DNA of 52,232 nt, the filler included, from Squatina squatina (taxonomy: Eukaryota), in the NCBI GenBank assembly GCA_031763465.1. It is 3 parts of 3 records of this genome, joined end to end, with 100 filler letters (N's around TTAATTAATTAA, not from the genome) between each part and the next. Parts side by side here need not be neighbours in the genome. Positions count along the whole stretch, not along the records: positions 37,395 to 52,232 come from JARFOE010000189.1; 2 more parts are not named here. One strand, 5' to 3'. The notes under the pieces are model-generated. The model was not told the origin of the DNA and did not search any database. It worked only from the letters and a program-made list of their open reading frames with translations. Shown piece after piece: positions 37,395 to 49,022 of the stretch. The first letter of the stretch is position 1, and every line of letters starts with the position of its first letter. Position numbers and translations under genes: made by a program.

Positions 37395-40300
37395 AAAGGG
37401 TGTTCTAGTTCGGACTCGAGGGAGGGGAATAACCAATTGCCCCATTGTACCAGTTCCTTCCCACAAAAACAGTAAATGGCATACAAGATTTGTTTGTATT
37501 CACAAAATTAGTGGTACAGCAATTCCATTGTCTCAATAGGGACCTGCAATACTGTATTGCAGAGCAGTATTCTGAAAGATTTCTCTGAAAATTTGTATAA
37601 AATGCATCAATGGCTGCTCCTCCAATCATAAAAACAAACCAAAGGTTATAAGCCAATGTCTAAGAATTTTGGAAGATGTCCTGCAATACGAGTCATCATG
37701 TCAGATGGCTTAGCACATTTTTTTCCTTTCTGTCTCTTGTATAAGCTCTACTGGTAGATGCCCTGCATGACATGGCCACTGGGGATGGGTGACACTATTT
37801 AGATCATCTTTCAATAAGCAGTCAATTGCAAGGTCTTCAAATCCACGTCTAATATTTGCACCCCACCCCCAGCCCCGTGCCTGTTCATACCTTTGAAGTT
37901 ACCAGTGAGATCAGAAAAACTATGGAAACACATCTTTCTACCCAAGAAAATGTAGATGGTTTTCTGAAGAGGAAAACATGTCTGTCTTTAGATGCTCAAA
38001 CTCTAAAATGTTCTGTATTATGTCCAGAACTTTCAGTTGGGGTGAACTCGGGCTGATTAGCATTCCGTGATGCATTACTGTGCTCCGCATATTGTTGTGG
38101 AAAAAACAGTTGCGCCATTCTTTATGGGTGTATTTTTTGTGAATCCAAGGCAAATTTGGCAAGTTACAGCACCATGTCCAGTAGAGGACCATTTTATTCA
38201 ACACTTGGAAGCTGAAGCAGCAGCAATTGTGAATGGATTATTGCATTTTCCACAGTACTTAAAAGCATTTGGCAGATGTTGGTGCAGACTTGTTGATCCA
38301 GTTATGGAGGCACTTACTTTGTTTCTAGTATTACTCCAGCCAATTAACTAATTTTTAATCACACTATAATGTTGGTGTCCTGTAATTTTGCAATAAGCCA
38401 AACAAGTGAAACTAGGGAATCTGAATAGCTAATTCATCCCCAGAATAGGTAATGCTTAAGACTACAGATTCAGTTACTAGACAAGCGACAGATATATATC
38501 TTTAAAGTCTTTTCATCAAGACTTGGTGTTTCATGGAAACTGTAACAAGCTCCTACTAAATTTATTCAGTTGGTCAGAGAACACCATCTAAAAAGCAAAA
38601 AAGTGTCCAAAGTCAAATGTACAGCAAACAATTGCACTTCTCGATTTAGGTCACAAAAGTATGTTGTTGCTGTGTTATTCCAGATGTACATGAATTTTTG
38701 TGGCAACCAGTTCAGCAGCTTTTCTCTGCACTGTATACCCAGTGTCAGTTTAGGAAATGATCACCTAGTTTTTGAATAAGCCAGCCCATTCTGTTACACT
38801 GGAAGATCAGACCAGCGAATAGTTTCTTTCTGTCACCTTCATGTAACAGACAAAAATCTAATGTGCTGCAGATAAAGTTCTTTTATCTTTAACACTTCAG
38901 TCAACATGTGTTGCATGCTCTCTTTCATTTTTTTTTGCAGATTGATTTAATTTTTCAGGATAATTTAATATGTCAAAATTAGCTAATTAATGCATGGCTG
39001 TGAGAGCTAGGTTAAGTTGAGTTAGTCAAAATTATCAACTCAGAGAATAGATAGGTCTCATTAAATATCTTGCAAATGAATAAATCTGTTTTGTAAACCT
39101 TGTCTTGTGAATTAGCCATTGCCATCATGTTTAAAATTGTTCTGTCATTGCTAAATACAAAAAAACAGCCAGGCTGCTTCTATTCATTCTTCTTCTGGCT
39201 TGATCTGTCCAGGCACTTAGATGAGAAATGATTAGTTCGCTGACATGCTTAATGAGTTCAGTTGGAGTATTGACCTTTACTGGAACCATAGGACAATGAA
39301 GAAGGCCCCTTAATTGCTGCACTTCCTGTCTGCCCTGCATTAGCCATTCTTGGTCTACTCCAAGTAAAGGTTACCTCGGAGACCAGAAACTAAAGCACAC
39401 GTGAGCTTAGTCTGTTTTGTTTCAAGCAAATATATGTAATTGAGGTATTCCAAGTGTACATAGAGTTGATTGTGCAGTGGTTGGTCAGTGGTCCATTACA
39501 AAGATTCTGGTTATTCAGAATCCATTTGTAAACACACAATCCCAAAACAGAGACGCGCCACATATACCTTCTGACATCCATTTACAAAACACAATTTTAA
39601 AGTTGCCTGGTGTTTTTAGTATAATCTTTCTCCAGCACAATGTCAAGATAGATTACGTAAGGTAATCAGCAATAATAGGTATATAATGTCAAAGGTGCAA
39701 AATTACAGACATTTTTTGGTGAATGTTCTGATACAAAACAAATGTACCTTTTAATTGCAAGCGAAATGAAATAGATCAAAGTGCAGTCAGATTCGATATT
39801 ATGTGTGTGATTTTATATGTTCCTAAATTCTGAACATTTTATTCTTTGAAATGCAAGTCATGATACATACCAAAGAAATTCAAGTTGTATGTTGCAGTTT
39901 ATTTGAATAGCTCTTCATGATCAATATTGTTGCTTTCCGTAAACTCGAGGGAAAATAGATTGGTTGTTTAAGTGTGCATTGGTACTGCAGTGATAGCATC
40001 TGGTTTCACTTCACACCAGCACTAATGTTTTGTCGTGTAAATCAGAGCTGGGGCTTTGCCTGACACTGGAGCAAAGCAGTGTGAGATTCCCTCCTAAAGT
40101 TGGGCCCAGACCCTGCATTTACACTACAACTTCGGTATCCGTGATGAGCAAAATGGCTTCACACTAACATTACTGTAGTAAAATCATGAGTAGTAATTTA
40201 GCCTCTTTTAAGCTGTTCAATAAACTGCAGTTCAATATGGTCACCAAAAGCCTTGTTATGACCAGCAGTTTAAGGGTTAAATTGATAAATGCTTTTATTT

Positions 40301-40647
40301 CCTTTTGCTTTGTTTCGGTTTTCTTTAGTTTAAAAGTGTTGAGGTCAACTGTACATGTTTTTGTGAGTAATTAGACTGATTCTTACTAGAAGCTCACATT
40401 CTTTGTTACCAGTCTGTGGCTGAGAGATGTATCTTTATTGCTTCTGTAGAAAGTTTTCTTTTTCTTAATGTTAATGGGAGAGGCATTTCATGATATCCAG
40501 AACAGCGGACCCTTTGTCAACCACAGGATGGATGTTGCCACTTTGTGACATCTCATTCTAACATGTCTTAGAAATGTGGTGATTTCACAGCTTGCAGGAC
40601 CCCTCCATGAGAGTGCAGGGGCCTGTCTCCCTGGGAGGTTGTTACTG

Positions 40648-40900
40648 GGAAAGAAAGACTTTCTTGCCCTTAGAACGTCCCAAAGTGCTTTACTGCCAAT
40701 TAAGGACTTTTGAAGTGTAGTCACTGTTGTGATGTAGGAAAAGCAGCAGCCAAATTGCATATAGCACGCTTCCATAAATAGAAATTTGATGATGACCAGA
40801 TAATCTGTTGTTGGTTAAGGGATAAGTATTGGTCAGGGCACTTCAAATAGTGTCGTGAGGTCTCATACATCCACCTGAGCGGGCAGATGGGGCCTCGGTT
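40648..40900 (-). mobile_element. DeuSINE-type (SacSINE1-like) SINE fragment
   Basis: acgtcccaaagtgcttt...ttttgaagtgtagtcactgttgtgatgtaggaaa..gcagccaa...catccacctgag..ggcagatggggcctcggtt resembles the recalled reverse complement of a Deu-domain SINE; a related tail is at 7930-8000. Confidence 0.65.
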
Positions 40901-41003
40901 NNNNNNNNNNNNNNNNNNNNNNNNNNNNNNNNNNNNNNNNNNNNNNNNNNNNNNNNNNNNNNNNNNNNNNNNNNNNNNNNNNNNNNNNNNNNNNNNNNNN
41001 CAC

Positions 41004-41240
41004 CCCCGCAGTAGTGGTTTCACCAGGGTCCTAGCGCCCGACCCGGGCAGTAGTAGTTTCTTTGGGGTCCTAGCGCCCGATCCCGGCAGTACTGGTTTCA
41101 CCGCGGTCCTAGTGCCCAACCCCGGCAGTAGTGGTTTCACCACGGTCCTAGCGCCCAACCTCAACAGTAGTGCTTCCACCACAGTCCTAGCGCCCGACCC
41201 CGGCAGTAGTGGTTTCACTGTGGTCCTAGCCTAACCTCGG
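41004..41240. repeat. GC-rich minisatellite, 39-bp unit, about 6 visible copies
   Basis: Unit CCCGGCAGTAGTGGTTTCACCACGGTCCTAGCGCCCGAC; abuts a gap, so the array may be longer. Confidence 0.92.
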
Positions 41241-42487
41241 CATAGCGGGGTCCCAGTGTACTTACACGTCTGGAACAAATGGAGAATGAAAAATCATTTG
41301 AGGACAAAATATTTAGGAAAATACCAGAAGAAGAGTGAAGTCAAAATGAACGAATGTCAACAGAAAATGGAAAAATTAACAAAGTTAACCCCTATTCCAA
41401 AAGTATTACAACGCTACTGAAAACCCTATTTAATGAGCAGTTTGGATTACAGCCAGTTTTGCTGTCTACACCCCTCCCACATTAATATTGTATCTGTGCT
41501 TAAACTTTGTCAGCACTTCCACTTCAACTAACTTGTAATTTGAGGTATTGTGTAACATGTAGAACATCTGTTAGTCACTCAACAAGAATAGCAGTTCTTG
41601 CAGAGCATTAACCTTCCTCTACTTTTTAGATGGTTAGAGGTCGTAGACAAAATCTTTGAAGGATTCCTACCTACAATTGAACAGCTTAACATGGACAAAT
41701 TGGAGAAGATTTGTCCCTTTTCAACCAATTTTTCCTTTTTCCTCCGCTGCCCTTCACTCCACTTTGTAAGAAAAAATGTAATCAACACCAAAGAGCTGGT
41801 TTTGGGCCATGTGCCATTTAGTTTAATAAAGGGTGACGTGAACACTTGAGGCTGTGCTACTATCTTCAGTGAGATTGGCTGTTTTTACAAAGACATACGG
41901 CTTTAGACATATGGATTGCTATCAAGAAATCAGCGAAAAGAACAGAGGCTTTGTTCAGAGGTTGGATATCTGGGAGTCTGAGTGAAAGGGATGGTGGTTC
42001 TGTTTTGGATCATATGCAGATGGCCTTGCTTTTTTAAATAACCAAGTACATACTCTTGGTTTCAGCACTGCTCTGTATACTTTTTTAACTTAATGGCATC
42101 ATGAATTTAACTAAGCTGCATTTGAAAGTTTAGTCTCCAGTTTTACTGCTTATTTCCGTCATTCCCTGAATCTTGGAGTAGAATGTATTCTGAGTATATA
42201 CAGCTTCCTTTTAAGTATATTGCAATTTATCAGAACTCATTCAGCATGCCAGTGGAAATAAGTTTGGGAAATTCTGACTAGTTTACTGAGGGTATTTCAA
42301 ATTTGTTGAGGTCTATGCGCATTAAAGAAAATAAATGAGCTGCCTTGCTTTTGCGACACATAATATAACCAAATAAGGGAGATTGGTGTGGGGGTGCTTT
42401 GCCACATCCTGAAGATCGTTTCACACCTTTTTCTGTGTGTTGTGTATTAACTCGATTGCAAAATATTTCAAAAGACAATGGCCTCAA

Positions 42488-43850
42488 TGGGTGGCAGAGG
42501 GTCGTGGTTAAATTGTAAATGGGGAACGCGTCCCCAACCCACTGAATTCGTGGCCATTACCATTTTTATGGTGGCGATTGTCCCACCGTCGAGAGGTGGA
42601 ACATTTCATTAACATATTTAAGTCGGGCTCCCACAGTGTGCCCACAGGAGCCTGATTTTAAATTTAACAGTTGCCAGGTGGGTTTCCCAGAGTTCAAGAA
42701 ACCCGGCAGTTAAAGGGAGGCGGGAGTTGCTGTGTCAAGAAGGTAAGTGCCATTTACAGCACTCCTTTAGGCCCAAGAGGAGCACNNNNNNNNNNNNNNN
42801 NNNNNNNNNNNNNNNNNNNNNNNNNNNNNNNNNNNNNNNNNNNNNNNNNNNNNNNNNNNNNNNNNNNNNNNNNNNNNNNNNNNNNTGACGCCAGTTTCAC
42901 TCCGATTTGACGCCAGAAGTTTGACCACGAATTGGCTGCCCTACAAACCTTGCAAAACTTCGTGCACACTCCGTCTGCTTTTCTCTGGCAAGAGGGAATG
43001 AAATGATGTTAACTCTCTTTGAATAGAGAGCTTCAGTAACCTCCATTATGGAACAGTGGATGGCAAACTGCAAGATGTTTCCAGCACCAGCCTGGAAGGA
43101 GCCAGACCCATAAAAGTTCATAGTCATGGTCGCCTTCATAGCCACTAACAATGTAGTCCTTGCCCTGCTCTGAGGTTGGAGTTGTGGCTGCAGCAGTTGG
43201 AAAATTTCAGTTAGGACCTCCTGAGTGAAGCGCAGACATCTCGTACATTGTTCCTTGCTGAGATTCTGGTAGGAGAATTACTCCCTGAACACCTTGGGCG
43301 GATATGGTCTCCTGCTGAGTGTCCTTCTCCTCCTCCTCCCTCTTCTAACAACTTGTCCTGCTCTCCGAGGCCTCTGCTTATTTTCCCAGTCATATTCCAT
43401 TGCAGGAGGAAGGCCCACTAGTGCACTCATGTCTGGGAGCAACTGGTTTGTACAGGAGCCGAGGTCAGCAAAAAGTCCTTCAGTACCTACCGTACCACTC
43501 CCCGTAGAGTTTTGCAACTTGAAAGAATTATGGAAAGCACCAAACACTTTGTAGGAACAACCAGAAGAAATCAACCAGCGACTAACCTGTAAGTAGTTGA
43601 TAATCCTTTTAAATAGCGCCGGTGGTGGGTCCTTCCTGCTGCTGAACATGCGTTCAATTGTGCAAGCTTAAGAGAGGGCATTAGCTAGACCATTGAGCTC
43701 CAAAATGGCACTGCAGCATCAAACCAGTGTGTGCAAATGCCCTCATCATTGTGGCGTCTGGCGCAATTTTCCCCACAAGTGTGCACGGGTGTGCTGCAGA
43801 TGCCATTTTGGAACTCTAAGGACACTTGAAGCATCCAAATCATGGGGGCT
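42488..43850 (-). mobile_element. PIF/Harbinger transposon remnant with a HARBI1-like transposase N-terminal half (43430 to about 42935)
   Basis: One frame with an internal stop: RRPYPPKVFRE*FSYQNLSKEQCTRCLRFTQEVLTEIFQLLQPQLQPQSRARTTLLVAMKATMTMNFYGSGSFQ...FAIHCSIMEVTEALYSKRVNIISFP...ARSFARF; DDE core not visible; element boundaries are approximate. Confidence 0.85.
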
Positions 43851-44608
43851 AATGATCTCAATTTCACACCTGTGGAGTCAGGGGCCAGATAGAAGGATGG
43901 TTTGAAAGATTACGACAAAACAAAAAACAGAGGGTAGGAGTTAATGGAAGTTTCTCAGCAGAGCGTAAGCACTGGTATGGACCAGTTGGGCCAAATGATC
44001 TGTTTCTGTGCTGTAAATTCGATATAATTTGATGTAATATTTTGATATAAACTTCAGTTCTATGCAGAAGATTTGGTGACTAAAAGCAAAATGTTTCCAG
44101 CAAGTATATCTGTGGACCTCACCAGTAGATTGTACAGAACATTTAAAAGTGATGTATCAATGTTTATGTGTAAATGGTCTAGTTGTCTTTTTATTGGTTA
44201 GTGACTGAGGTTCTTAACATAAATCAGTTTTATCCCTATTCGGTGATTTTTCTAAACATTGTTTCTCCTGTTAAGGTAGTTTTATCTTGGTACTTAGCAA
44301 GGCAAACTATGTGTATCTCTTAGAGCCCACTGGAGGGCTAACAGAAAGAAAGCTGGATTTTCACTGCCCTTTGCCTCCATTCTTGTGTCCCAGGCACCAC
44401 TACAGCACAAAGTTCCCCTCATTTATATTAGCACGGAGTTTATGGTCAGCAGTGAAGTGACAGCCCAAAAAGCTTTAGCGGGATCTGTGGAATCAATTTC
44501 CATTTTTANNNNNNNNNNNNNNNNNNNNNNNNNNNNNNNNNNNNNNNNNNNNNNNNNNNNNNNNNNNNNNNNNNNNNNNNNNNNNNNNNNNNNNNNNNNN
44601 NNNNNNNN

Positions 44609-44920
44609 CCATCCATTCATAATGGTAATTTCTGGGGAAAGAACTCTCTCCATCCATTCCTAATGGTAACTTCTGGGGAAAGAACTCTCTCCATCCATTC
44701 CTAATGGTAATTTCTGGGAAAGAACTCTCCCCATCCATTCCTAATGGTAATTTCTGGGGAAAGAACTCTCCCCATCCATTCCTGATGGTAATTTCTGGGG
44801 AAGGAGCTCTGCACATCCACTCCTAATGATCATTTCTGCTGAAGGAACTCTCCTATCCATTCCTAATGGTAATTCTTGGGGAAGGAACTCTCCCCATCCA
44901 TTCCTGATGGTAATTCTTTG
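44609..44920. repeat. Minisatellite, about 41-bp unit, about 7.5 visible copies
   Basis: Unit CCATCCATTCCTAATGGTAATTTCTGGGGAAAGAACTCTCC; abuts a gap. Confidence 0.92.
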
Positions 44921-45099
44921 GGACAGCCGGGGGAGGAAAAACCTTGGCTCATTTCAGAAAAAAAACTGAAAAATTTAACCCTGGGTCAGAAAGCCAATCA
45001 AGCATGCTCCAGCAGACCATGGTTGTCCATTGGGCATCACAAACCATGCCCTCTCCCCTCCTGTCCCTCCTCCCCACCTCGCACTCCGGGCTGTGCCAT

Positions 45100-45755
45100 A
45101 CAATCATAGAAATTTACAGCACAGCAGGATGTCATTCAGCCCATCTTGTCCGTGCTGGCGATAAAGAGTTATCCAACCTAAGCCCACCTTCCAGCACTTG
45201 GTCTGTAGCCTTGTAGGTTACGGCACTTCAAGTGCATATACAAGTACATTTTAAATGCTATGAGAGTTTCTGCTTCTATCACCCTTTCAGGCAGTGAGTT
45301 CCAGAAAGCCACCACCTTCTGGGTGAAAAAAATCTCTCCTCAAATCCCCTCTAAACCTCCTACCAGTTACGTTAAACCTATGCCCCCTGGTTATTGACCC
45401 ATCTGCTAAGAGGAATAGGTCCTTCGTGTCCACTCTATCCAGGCCCCTCATAATTTTATACACCTCAATTAGTTCTCCCCTCAGCCTCCTCTGTTCCAAA
45501 GAATACAACCCCAGCTTATCCACTCTTTCCTCATAGCTAAAATTCTCCAGTCCGGGCAACATCCTGGTAAATCTCATTTGTACTCTCTCTAGTGCAATCA
45601 CATCCTTCCTGTAACCAGAACTGCACGCATACTCTAGCTGTGGCCTAACTAGTGTCTTACACAGTCCAAGCATAACCTCCCTGCTCTTATATGCTATGCC
45701 TCGGCTAACAAAGGCAAGAATCCTTACTACCTTATCTACCGGTCATGCTGCCTGT
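45100..45755 (-). mobile_element. CR1 LINE ORF2 C-terminus and 3' tail
   Basis: MLGLCKTLVRPQLEYA...LERVQMRFTRMLPGLENFSYEERVDKLGLYSLEQRRLRGELIEVYKIMRG...TRGHRF; tail ttctatgatt. Confidence 0.92.
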
Positions 45756-48700
45756 TAATGTCGCTGGACTTTATAGCAATAGAAAAGGCCATTTCCACCC
45801 AATGAGCTAATTCTAATCCTAAAATGATGTCTGCTTGTTCTGGTTTCCTTGACGAGAGAGAATTGTTCCTTATTCACCCTATCAGATATTGTTAACAGAT
45901 TTTCTCCATAGTTACTGTCGTATCAAAAGGTTATTAGTCTGGCAACAATAACTCCGCTCATGATTCCAGACTTGAATGTTTTTTTAATAAACTTTAATAC
46001 ATTGACCAGTAACTGCCTGCTATATTGTATTAAATGGCATGCAAGTAATACAACCTGGTTCACAGGTTCCGACTACCTCGAGAATGCCCCCAAACCCTCG
46101 AGAAGCACACAGCCATGGAGCAACCAAATCCAGCCTTCTAGTTGATTGCATGGCTCCTGACCACCTTGAGAACGTTCTCTGTCTTGTGGGAAACAGGTTC
46201 TATTCTTATACTATAACACAACCGTGGCCTGTTACATAGACATATTTAGCTGAGGTCGCATTTTTAGGTGTTTACCCCGCTTATAGTCTTTGCCTGTGTT
46301 CTACAAGCTTTCTTTATAATACAGTAAGTGCACAGGACAATCTTTATCTTTTACTGTGGCATGTGGTGTCTTAGCAGCTGGTCCCTTTTCTAGGTATGGG
46401 CCATCTCTTGACCTGGGTGTTTATCCTTCTCTGTCTTTTGAGTTTCCAAACTGTCTTTGTTAATCCTCTTTCCTCCACATTCGCTCTCTGGTTAAGATGC
46501 TAAAGTAAAGCATGCTGGGATACTTAGAATATTTTTAAGTGGTTTAAATACTCAAACACAATCTCACCGGTTGACAGCTCTGTCAACCTGGTGGACAATC
46601 TACTCTCAAGTTTCCATTGCCATTCTGAGCTGGCCAGGGAACTGAATCTGCATCCTGGTACTCCCGTCACAACGCAAGTTAGTGAACCTACATGAAGTGT
46701 CATCACGCAACTGTTGCATTTTCCCAGTGACAATTTATTTTATCCAGTAATAGCAAATTAATTTACAACTACTTGTCTGCAAAGAGCAACTAACATGGAT
46801 TGACTCAAAATTCTTTTTTTTTAAAGCTTTGTCCACATTTCTGACATTTTGAATCATTTCTGCCCAGGACAGCAGCAAGAAGTCTTGTTGTTTACTGTTC
46901 CCCTGCAAAAAAATCACAAGTCAACCTGGTACTTCTGGTAATAGTGTTAGACTGCAGACCAGAGGATCGTAGATCTGAGTTATTAATTTCACCTTAAGCT
47001 CCATCTTGGGTTCAGTGTTCAGTCCTCTGCAGCCAATCATAGAACGGCAGTAAGATTATACAGACTTGCCCCGCATCCACCCTTCTTGTGGTATACTGTT
47101 TTAAAAGTTTGCATTGTTCCCAATTTAATTATTTATTTTTGCTGCAGATGTATATGCTTCCGCACTTATCAATATTGAAGTAACGAAATACATTTCATTT
47201 CTCATCACAACAGAATAACCCTGGAGTAATTAGAAACACGTGAGATGCAGTATATAAAGTGGCAAACTTAATCTCCAATCTATCTAAATTTTGCCACTGG
47301 CTTACAAGCCACACACATAACCTAAAGCATTTGTAAAACCTGATTTTTCTTAGCAATTCGAGTGGGGAAATGTTGTCAGGCATGAGTTATTCTACAATAT
47401 TCCCCTATTTTCTTTTCAAATTAGATTTTTATTGTCCAAAAAGTTTTCAACCAGTTATTTAAATTGGCACAATAGTCAAGTTTGGACGAAGGGCTCCTGT
47501 TTTAGTTTTGAAAAGCTTGACATATTCCATTCATCTGATAGCTTCGTTCTCAAAGTGCCAGTCCATTTTCATTTGACTTTTGTGAGGCTCACCATCATGG
47601 TGTGACTGATCTGTCTTTAAACAGTTAATGTCACTCCATGATTGAGTGCAGACACAAATACTTCAGACTCCTGGACAGGGCTGGGCATTGTGCCATTCTG
47701 TTAAATATACAGTATGGAATGTGTTGGTCAGGATGGAAAACACCATCATCATAGGTTGAAATTTATTCTTCACAAACACCTAGAACATAAAGTAAATCCA
47801 ATTAAAGGCTGATTGGACAGTTATACTTTCAAAGAATTGAAAAGCTGTGGCACAGTGAATTGAAATGCAGTTGACATCTTTCTGTGAATAAAAGCCATTG
47901 GAAAGCTTATTTTGGCCTGTGACTAGAACTGACGAAGCTGCACACTGCTGTGAATGTGGCTATGATCTCAGCTCTGTATGNNNNNNNNNNNNNNNNNNNN
48001 NNNNNNNNNNNNNNNNNNNNNNNNNNNNNNNNNNNNNNNNNNNNNNNNNNNNNNNNNNNNNNNNNNNNNNNNNNNNNNNNCTGTATGTGGTGTCCTCCTA
48101 TTTCACTCGTATGTGACATTTCTTTGTACAAATGAGCTCTTTGTGTTCAGATGTATTGCTGTTTTGTTGTATCACACTTAGGATTTAGGAGCCAGTAGGT
48201 GTTACTTCTCGCTGGGCAGACGGTAGTAGATTTGTCTCTGTTTTCAGCCATGGCAAATCCACATCGACCCCAAACTGAATCTTCCTTTTGGTGACAAAGG
48301 TAAAGGAATGTGTGCTCACTCAGCAGCCTCTTCTCTACACAGGCCATTAGCATTCAGAATCCAGAGAGCAGTCTGATGTGCATTTTTTGCAGTGAGGTAG
48401 AATATTGTCCTTTCAGCTCTGAGATCTGGATTCAGTGTTGTTTGAAATGAAAGTCTCTTCTCTCAATTGCTGGACCTGGCCCCAGTAGCTCAGTGATCGG
48501 CCCTGGCCTCTCCTCTCCCTCCCAGGGGGTTTGTGTATTTCCTGCCTCGTCCATCCTCCCCTTTCTATTAAAATTTTCAACTGAGCCAGAAAGTTGCAAA
48601 ATAGTTAGAGAGGTGCAGGCTGCCTGATGAATGACACCGAATACTATTACCGTTCTCCCCTCTTTTATCTTCTCCCCCACCTAANNNNNNNNNNNNNNNN

Positions 48701-48991
48701 NNNNNNNNNNNNNNNNNNNNNNNNNNNNNNNNNNNNNNNNNNNNNNNNNNNNNNNNNNNNNNNNNNNNNNNNNNNNNNNNNNNNGTGTAACTAATTCACG
48801 TTTAAGCTTATTGCAAAGAATGAGATTGTAGATAATTTGTTACACACAAGTAGAAGAAAATAATCCTTGCAGTAGAAAACATGTTTGTCTGTATTGAACA
48901 CTTTTAATATAAATAAAAAAATGTTGAGTGGGTTTTATTTTTAAATGTTCATATCACAAGTCCGTTTATGGACACCCTGAGTCTACAGTAG

Positions 48992-49020
<29 letters not shown>
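48992..49020. repeat. (AC)14 microsatellite
   Basis: Directly visible. Confidence 0.95.

Positions 49021-49022
<2 letters not shown>

Noticed and set aside
37856-38351. Cluster of 66-94 aa ORFs as possible mannosidase exon 2 or another gene
   Set aside because: No AWxxYKxYAWG/NELRP motif and no recognisable domain in the frames I read.
40721-41234. 165-aa and 115-aa repetitive ORFs as novel proteins
   Set aside because: They arise from the 39-bp tandem repeat plus read-through of an N gap.
42897-43649. Domesticated HARBI1 gene
   Set aside because: In-frame stop at 43278-43280, no visible DDE core, and a related decayed copy elsewhere in the window.
44609-44920. CRISPR-like array (about 41-bp repeats with a hairpin)
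   Set aside because: Units are head-to-tail with no unique spacers, there are no cas genes, and the context is vertebrate.
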